A stretch of 64,000 bases of DNA from Dehalococcoidia bacterium. Lineage in GTDB: Bacteria > Chloroflexota > Dehalococcoidia > UBA2979. The notes beneath the pieces were generated by a model, which was given only the letters and a program-made list of their open reading frames with translations, had not been told where the DNA came from and ran no database searches. Below, in pieces: positions 57,925 through 64,000 of the stretch (within the stretch, counting starts at the first letter, position 1; each line of letters begins with the position of its first letter). The DNA is taken from NCBI GenBank assembly GCA_965262725.1, contig OZ253555.1, forward strand, positions 3,488,001 to 3,552,000, given 5' to 3'. The position numbers and the translations under genes were made by a program.

Positions 57925-60900
57925 CTAGCGGGCGACGGCGAGAACCGGCTCGCGAGAGCCCCGCTCGGCAATGCGCGCGTCGGCGCCGGAGGCCGGCGCG
58001 GGTGCCCCGTGCTCGGCGACCTCGCCCAGCACGCCGAGGAGTGCCCGGACGCGCGGGAGCAGCGGGGCGGCGGCGGCGACCCCGGGCAGCGCCAGCCGCT
58101 CGACGCGACCGCCTCGCGTCCGCACGGATAGCTCGACCGGGAGATCGCCTGCGCTCTCCGTCAGCATCGCCACCAGGCGTCGCATCCGCCGCCGGTCCGC
58201 CCCCTCGTCGGTCGTCTCCTCGATCGAGATGACGAGGCGCCTCGGCCCCCCGTCACCGTCCGCTCCCTGCACGCCGTCGCCGTTCCGAGAGGGCTCCTGG
58301 GGCTCGACGGCGTACAGCCCACCACGAGCCGCCCCCGGGCCGCCGCCGTCCGGGACAGGCGCCGGTCCGGCCCCGGCTTCCGGTCGGGGTGGCGCTCCTC
58401 CCGACGGCGTCCGGCCGTCGCGGGCGCCTGACCCCCGAGCCGCCGCCCGGCCGCCCCCCGGTCCGCCCGCGGGACGGAAGCGGCCGGCGTCGAAGTCGAT
58501 CAACTGCCCCGACTCGAGGTCGAACGGCGCCAGCTCCTCGACGGCGACCGTGAGCCGATCGCCCCGGCTGCGCACAGACGCCTTCGCCAGCACGACGTTG
58601 CCCGGCACCGCGCAGTCGCGGTGGCGCTCGTACGCCTCCGGCCAGAGCGTGAGCTCCGCCGAGCCGGAGAGGTCCTCGATCGTGACGGCGGCAAACGGCC
58701 GGCCCTGCCGCGTGGCGAGCGGGCGGACGCCCGTCACCATGCCGGCCACCGTCACCTGGGAGCCTGCGAGGTCGAGACCGAGCTCGGTCGCCTGCGCCGT
58801 GGTGTGCTCCGCCAGAGCGCTCGCGGCCTGCCGATAGGGGTGCTCGCTGATGTAGGTCCCCAGCAGCTCCTTCTCCCACTGCAGGCGCTCCCGGCGCGGC
58901 ACCTCCACGGGCTCGAGATCGAGGGCCGGGAGCGGCGCGTCGACGTGATCGCCGAAGAGGTCGAACATCGAGGTCTGCCCCGTCTCACGTCGCCTCTGCT
59001 CCTGCTGCGCGAATGAGAGGACGCGATCGATCCCGGCGACCACCGTCCCGCGGCCGGCGACGCCGTCGAGGCCGTCGAGGCCGTCGAGCCCCCCTGCCTT
59101 CGCCAGCGACTCCAGCACGCGGCGGTTCAGCTCGCGCGGCTGGATGCGGCTCGCGAAGTCCTTGAGCGAGCGGAAAGGCCCGTTCGCCTCCCGCTCCGCG
59201 ACGAGCGTCTCCACGGCCGCTCGGCCCACGTTCTTCACCTGCGCGAGCCCGAAGCGAATGGCGGCGGCGGATCCCGCCCCCTCCCCCCGCTCGATCGTGA
59301 AATGGACACCCGAGCGGTTGATGTCCGGCGGCAGCACCGGCGTGTCGAGCCGCGCACACTCGCCGACCGCGCGGGCGATGCGCTCCTGCGCGCCCGTGGG
59401 GTGAGATCCCGCGGAGATCAGCACGGCCGCCATGAACTCGACCGGGTAGTGCGCCTTGAGGTACGCGGTCTGATAGGCGATCGTGCCGTAGGAGAAGGCG
59501 TGGGCCTTGTTGAAGGCGTACCCGGCGAACGGCTCGATGAGATCGAAGATCTGCTCGGCGAGCCGCGCGTCGTACCCGCGCTCCGCCGCGCCGCCGACGA
59601 AGCGCTCCCGCTCCGCCAGCATCACGGCCGGTATCTTCTTCCCCATCGCCTTCCGCATCACGTCGGCCTGCCCCAGCGTGTAGCCGGCGAAGACGCGGGC
59701 GATCTGCAGCACCTGGTCCTGGTAGGTGATGACCCCGTAGGTTTCGTCGAGGATGCCGGCGAGATCGGGATGCGGGTAGTGCGCCTTGGCGCGCCCGTGC
59801 TTCACGTCGATGTAGCGCGGGATCTGATCCATGGGACCCGGCCTGTAGAGCGCGACCATCGCCGAGAGCTCCCCGATGTTCTCGGGCCGCAGCTCGCGGA
59901 CCTGTCGCCTCATCCCTGCCGACTCCATCTGGAAGACCCCGAACGTATCGGCCTGAGCCAAGAGGGCGGCTGCGGCCGGATCGCCGTCCGGCAGCGTCCT
60001 GAGGTCGAGGTCGAGCCCGTGAAGCTCGCGCACCAGCTCCACAGCCTGGCCCAGGATCGTGAGATTGGTGAGGCCGAGGTAGTCCATCTTCAGGAGGCCG
60101 ATGCGGGCGACGTCGTCCATCGCGTACTGCGTGGTCGGCAGGAGCTCCTGATCGCCGTCGCGCGCCGACGTCGCTCGCTGCAGCGGCACGACCTCCGAGA
60201 GCGCTCCGCGAGAGATCACGATGCCCGCCGCGTGCGTCGAGGCGTGGCGCGCCACGCCCTCGAGGCCGCGCGCCGTTTCCACAAGCTCCGCAACCGCCGC
60301 GTCCTGCTCGACCGCGAGGGCGAGCTCCGGGACGTCAGCGACCGCCTGCTCCAGCGTCACGTGCAGCACGTCGGGCACGAGCCGTGCGATGCGGTCGACG
60401 TCCCCGTAGCCCATCCCGAGCGCTCGCCCCGAGTCCCGGATCGCCGCCTTCGCCCCGAGCGTCCCGAAGGTGATGATCTGGGCCACGCGGTCGCGCCCGA
60501 AGCGCTCGGCCGTGTAGCGGATCACTTCCTCGCGCCGGTCGTCGGCGAAGTCGAAGTCGACATCCGGCATCTCGCGACGCTCCGGGTTGAGGAAGCGCTC
60601 GAAGACGAGACCGTACTGCGTAGGCTCGATGTCGGTCACGTCGAGGCAGTAGAGGATGACGGAGGCGGCGGCCGAGCCCCGCACGCCCATCGGGATCTTC
60701 CGCTCGCGCGCGAACGCCGCGATGTCGCGCACGATCAGCATGTACTCGACGAAGCCGCACTCCTCGACGACGCGCAGCTCGTAGTCGAGCCGCTCGCGGT
60801 GCGCCTCCGTGGGGCTGCCGTAGCGACGCCTCAGACCCTCCTCGCAGAGGCGCCGCAGGAACGCCGCCGGCCTCTCGCCCGCCGGCACGCCCGGATCGGG

Positions 60901-61737
60901 GAGCAGGGAGCGGCCGAAGGTGAGCTCGAGGCCCACCTCCTCCGCTATGCGCGCCGTGTTGTCGCAGGCGTCGGGCAGCTCGGAGAAGAGCGCGCGCATC
61001 TCCTGCTCGGACTTCAGGTAGAAGGAGTCCCCGTCGAGCCGGAAGCGGTTCTCGTCGTGGATCGTGGCATTGGTCCCGATGCAGAGCAGCAGGTCGTGCA
61101 GGCGATGCTGCTGGGGCGTCGTGTAGTGCGAGTCGTTGGTGGCCACGAGCGGGAGCGCGAGCTCGCGCGCGAGCCCGACCAGGCCGGGCGTCAGGCGGCT
61201 GAACTGCTCCTGCCCGTGCTCCTGGAGCTCCACGTAGTAGCGCCCCGGGAAGCGCTCGCGGTACCACGACGCCGCCTCACGCGCGTCCTGCTCGCGACCA
61301 TCGGCTAGCGCCGTCATGAGCTCGCCCGACGGGCATCCCGAGAGCACGATCAGCCCTTCCGCGTGGCGCTCGAGCAGCTCGCGATCGATGCGCGGGCGGT
61401 AGTAGAACCCCTCGAGGTGGGACGCCGTCGACAGTGCGAGGAGGTTCCGGTAGCCCGTCTCGTCCCTCGCCAGGAGCGTGAGGTGCCACGGCGAGCGCTC
61501 GGCGGCGGAGCGGTCGTGGCGGCTCCCGTGCGCCACGTAGCCCTCGAGGCCGATGATCGGCTTGACGCCGGCCGCGCGCGCCGCCTCATAGAACTGGACG
61601 GCTCCGTAGAGCACGCCGTGATCCGTGATGGCGAGGGACTCCTGGCCGAGCGCCTTCGCGCGCGCCACGAGGTCCGGGATCTTCGAGAGCCCGTCGAGCA
61701 ACGAGTACTCGCTGTGCGTGTGGAGATGAGCAAACAT
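57925..61737 (-). CDS. dnaE: DNA polymerase III alpha subunit
   Basis: FAHLHTHSEYSLLDG PHP domain, RGSAA, MPDVDFD, STHAAG, LLKMDYLGL, YAFNKAH, OB fold. Confidence 0.97.
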   Translation of the reverse strand: MFAHLHTHSEYSLLDGLSKIPDLVARAKALGQESLAITDHGVLYGAVQFYEAARAAGVKPIIGLEGYVAHGSRHDRSAAERSPWHLTLLARDETGYRNLLALSTASHLEGFYYRPRIDRELLERHAEGLIVLSGCPSGELMTALADGREQDAREAASWYRERFPGRYYVELQEHGQEQFSRLTPGLVGLARELALPLVATNDSHYTTPQQHRLHDLLLCIGTNATIHDENRFRLDGDSFYLKSEQEMRALFSELPDACDNTARIAEEVGLELTFGRSLLPDPGVPAGERPAAFLRRLCEEGLRRRYGSPTEAHRERLDYELRVVEECGFVEYMLIVRDIAAFARERKIPMGVRGSAAASVILYCLDVTDIEPTQYGLVFERFLNPERREMPDVDFDFADDRREEVIRYTAERFGRDRVAQIITFGTLGAKAAIRDSGRALGMGYGDVDRIARLVPDVLHVTLEQAVADVPELALAVEQDAAVAELVETARGLEGVARHASTHAAGIVISRGALSEVVPLQRATSARDGDQELLPTTQYAMDDVARIGLLKMDYLGLTNLTILGQAVELVRELHGLDLDLRTLPDGDPAAAALLAQADTFGVFQMESAGMRRQVRELRPENIGELSAMVALYRPGPMDQIPRYIDVKHGRAKAHYPHPDLAGILDETYGVITYQDQVLQIARVFAGYTLGQADVMRKAMGKKIPAVMLAERERFVGGAAERGYDARLAEQIFDLIEPFAGYAFNKAHAFSYGTIAYQTAYLKAHYPVEFMAAVLISAGSHPTGAQERIARAVGECARLDTPVLPPDINRSGVHFTIERGEGAGSAAAIRFGLAQVKNVGRAAVETLVAEREANGPFRSLKDFASRIQPRELNRRVLESLAKAGGLDGLDGLDGVAGRGTVVAGIDRVLSFAQQEQRRRETGQTSMFDLFGDHVDAPLPALDLEPVEVPRRERLQWEKELLGTYISEHPYRQAASALAEHTTAQATELGLDLAGSQVTVAGMVTGVRPLATRQGRPFAAVTIEDLSGSAELTLWPEAYERHRDCAVPGNVVLAKASVRSRGDRLTVAVEELAPFDLESGQLIDFDAGRFRPAGGPGGGRAAARGSGARDGRTPSGGAPPRPEAGAGPAPVPDGGGPGAARGGLYAVEPQEPSRNGDGVQGADGDGGPRRLVISIEETTDEGADRRRMRRLVAMLTESAGDLPVELSVRTRGGRVERLALPGVAAAAPLLPRVRALLGVLGEVAEHGAPAPASGADARIAERGSREPVLAVAR

Positions 61738-61852
61738 GCCGACCATCCCCCGCGCGGACCGCCGTTCCCCGAGCGACGGCCCGCGGCCGACCCGCCCGGT
61801 TCCGTGGTCTCCCACGCATCCGTTGTTCGGCACATCCGTGTAGGTGACTGCG

Positions 61853-61911
61853 CGAACGGGCGTGCGATCCGCCGGACGGCGATACTAGCCGCCCGTGCGC
61901 ATGCCTGTAAA
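61853..61911 (-). promoter_or_regulatory. dnaE promoter (TTTACA-N18-TAGTAT) with a downstream LexA-box-like site
   Basis: -35 at 61911-61906, -10 at 61887-61882; CGAACGGGCGTGCG at 61853-61866 is one mismatch from GAAC-N4-GTTC. Confidence 0.45.
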
Positions 61912-61933
61912 GCTCGCGCGCCGCGGTCGGGTG

Positions 61934-63163
61934 CTACTCGGCCGCGTCGAGCGAGAACGCGTCGTGGAGGGCGCGGACGGCCTCGGGCACGCTCCGGGCG
62001 TCGACGACGCAGGTGATGCGGATCTCCGACGTCGAGATCAGTTCGATATTGACACCGTGCGTGTAGAGCGTCTCGAACATCGCCGCGGCATAGCCGGGGC
62101 TCGAGGCCATGCCGGTCCCGACGATCGAGACGGAGCCGACGTCGCTGTCCCCGTAGACGGCGGCGGCTCCGAGCTCCGGCAGCACCGCCTCGACCGTGCG
62201 GAGCGCCCGATCGAGCTCCTCGGAGGCGACCGTGAAGGTCAGGTCGGTGAGCTGCTCCGTCGAAACGTTCTGCACGATCGTATCGACGGAGACGCCGGCG
62301 TCCGCGAGCGGGCTGAAGAGCCTCGCCGCGATCCCGGGCCTGTCGGGGACTCCCCGCACCGTGACGCGGCCCACGCGAGCCTGGTGGGCGATCCCGCGGA
62401 CCTTGTTCGACTGCTCCATCACCGCCTCCGCGTGAATCAGCGTGCCGGGGGCCTCTTCGTCGAAGGTGCTGACCACCCGGATCTCGACGCCGTAGAGCGC
62501 CCCCACCTCGACGGCGCGGGCGTGCATCACCCGCGCTCCCGTCGTCGCCAGCTCGAGCATCTCATCGTAGCCAATGTCGACCAGCGGGCGGGCGCTGGGG
62601 CAGATCCGCGGGTCGGCGGTGTACACACCCGCCACGTCGGTGTAGATCTCGCAGGCGTCGGCGCCGAGCGCCGCCGCCAGCGCGACGGCCGTGGTGTCGC
62701 TCCCGCCGCGGCCGAGCGTCGTGACGTCGAGATCCGCCGACTCCGAGATGCCCTGGAATCCCGCGACGATGACGACGCGGCCGGCCGCGACCTCGCGCTC
62801 GATGCGAGCCGTGTCGATGCCGGCGATGCGCGCGCGGCCGAAGACCGCATCCGTGCGGATACCGGCCTGCTGGCCCGTGAGGCTCACCGCGTCGAGGCCG
62901 TGATCGTGGAGTGCCATCGAGAGCAGGGTGGAGGAGACCACCTCCCCGGTGGAGAGCAGCACGTCGAGCTCGCGCGGGCGGGGGTCTACCGTCACCTCCG
63001 TCGCGAGCGCGATCAGTTCGTCCGTGCGGTTCCCCATCGCCGAGACGACCGCAACCACGCGGTCTCCGGTGGCCGCGCGCGTCGCGATGCGGCCGGCCAC
63101 GTGGCGGATCTTCGCGGCGTCGGACACGGAGGAGCCGCCGAACTTCTCCACCACCAGCACCAC
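61934..63163 (-). CDS. lysC: aspartate kinase
   Basis: VEKFGGSSV, VSAMG, TTLGRGGSDTTAV, YTDVAGVYTADP, two ACT domains. Confidence 0.96.
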   Translation of the reverse strand: MVLVVEKFGGSSVSDAAKIRHVAGRIATRAATGDRVVAVVSAMGNRTDELIALATEVTVDPRPRELDVLLSTGEVVSSTLLSMALHDHGLDAVSLTGQQAGIRTDAVFGRARIAGIDTARIEREVAAGRVVIVAGFQGISESADLDVTTLGRGGSDTTAVALAAALGADACEIYTDVAGVYTADPRICPSARPLVDIGYDEMLELATTGARVMHARAVEVGALYGVEIRVVSTFDEEAPGTLIHAEAVMEQSNKVRGIAHQARVGRVTVRGVPDRPGIAARLFSPLADAGVSVDTIVQNVSTEQLTDLTFTVASEELDRALRTVEAVLPELGAAAVYGDSDVGSVSIVGTGMASSPGYAAAMFETLYTHGVNIELISTSEIRITCVVDARSVPEAVRALHDAFSLDAAE

Positions 63164-63194
63164 GCGTCCCCCTCGCCGAGCGGGGCTCACTCGT

Positions 63195-64000
63195 TCAGCT
63201 GCGGGCGGGCTCCCCGACCGCCCCGTCGACGAGCGTCGCCCCCTGACGGCTCATGCCGCAGATCCGCGCCTCCGCCTCGAGTCCGCGGGCCGCCGCCGCT
63301 TCCCGCATCGCTCCCGCGACGTGCTCCGCCCGCTCGGTCACGAAGGCCGCCACCGTGGAGCCTCCGCCCGAGAGATAGACCCCGTGCGCCCCCGCCGCGA
63401 GCGCCGCACGAAAGACCGCCGGCATCGCCGGGAAGAGCGTCGCCCGCGCCGGCTGGTGCAGCACGTCCTCGGTCGCCACGGCGAGCAGCTCATAGCGGCG
63501 TTCGGCCAGGGCAGCGACGAGCATCGCGGCGCGCCCGATGTTGTGCACCGCCTGATTCCGCGTCAGCCGCTCCGGGAGCCGCTCGCGCGACTCGCGCGTC
63601 GGCATGGAGAAGCTGGGGACCAGCAGCGCGATGCGCAGGTCCTCCGGAGGGTCGACGCCGAGGCGGTGAAGCTCTCCCTCGCCGCCCTCCGCGACCACGA
63701 TCTGCAGACCGCCCAGGAGGGCGGGCGCCGCGTTGTCGGCGTGTCCCTCGAGCCTCGCCGCCACCTGAAGCAGCGCCTCGACCGAGCGCTCCCCCGGAAG
63801 CAGCGCGTCGGCGGCGACCACGCCCGCGACGTGCGCCGCCGCCGAGAGACCGAGGCCGCGCCCGACCGGAATGTCGCCCGCGACGCTCACGCGCACACCG
63901 GCGGGGGGAGCCTCCCCCGCCAGCAGGTGGAGCGCCCGGACCCCCGCTGCCGCCATGCGCTCGAGCGGAGGTTCGGGCGTCGGGAGCGGATCGTCGACCA
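63195..64000 (-). CDS. thrB: homoserine kinase (5' end outside the window)
   Basis: IPVGRGLGLSAA GHMP motif, EGHADNAAP, EDVLHQPAR, LSGGGST. Confidence 0.92.
   Translation of the reverse strand, partial: VDDPLPTPEPPLERMAAAGVRALHLLAGEAPPAGVRVSVAGDIPVGRGLGLSAAAHVAGVVAADALLPGERSVEALLQVAARLEGHADNAAPALLGGLQIVVAEGGEGELHRLGVDPPEDLRIALLVPSFSMPTRESRERLPERLTRNQAVHNIGRAAMLVAALAERRYELLAVATEDVLHQPARATLFPAMPAVFRAALAAGAHGVYLSGGGSTVAAFVTERAEHVAGAMREAAAARGLEAEARICGMSRQGATLVDGAVGEPARS

Noticed and set aside
57925-61737. Intein or split in dnaE; GCCGTCGAG x3 near 59062
   Set aside because: No intein motifs seen; the extra length is a low-complexity C-terminal linker and the 9-bp repeat only adds GLD units.

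Overview
Very GC-rich bacterial chromosomal DNA; the gene repertoire is suggestive of Chloroflexota/Dehalococcoidia (inference only). It is mostly housekeeping and metabolic genes: purU, a DEAD-box helicase, ubiE/menG, a nurA-herA-sbcD-sbcC operon, recF, three AAA+/VWA clusters, dnaE, lysC and partial thrB. The most striking feature is a four-level nested insertion at 14-20 kb. A Leu/Val dehydrogenase pseudogene is interrupted by an IS1380 (CTTAT duplication). The left terminal inverted repeat of that IS is split by a group II intron whose EBS1 matches the IR and whose ends are non-canonical (GAGCG...AA, with a compensatory gamma U). Domain III of the intron is in turn interrupted by an IS1111-type IS110 element, whose right-end non-coding region carries bridge/seek-RNA-like guides matching both the intron target and its own circle junction. 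Two thioredoxin-fold genes missed by the ORF track have an in-frame UGA in a UxxC motif, each followed by an identically positioned GUG-loop hairpin (selenoproteins plus SECIS). Also present: an IS630/IS5 pair stacked in a CTAG shared as stop codon by two convergent genes, a transglutaminase-fold protein with all three triad residues replaced, and three alpha/beta-hydrolase paralogs lacking the canonical nucleophile. Most long ORFs in the supplied track are GC-driven shadow frames.
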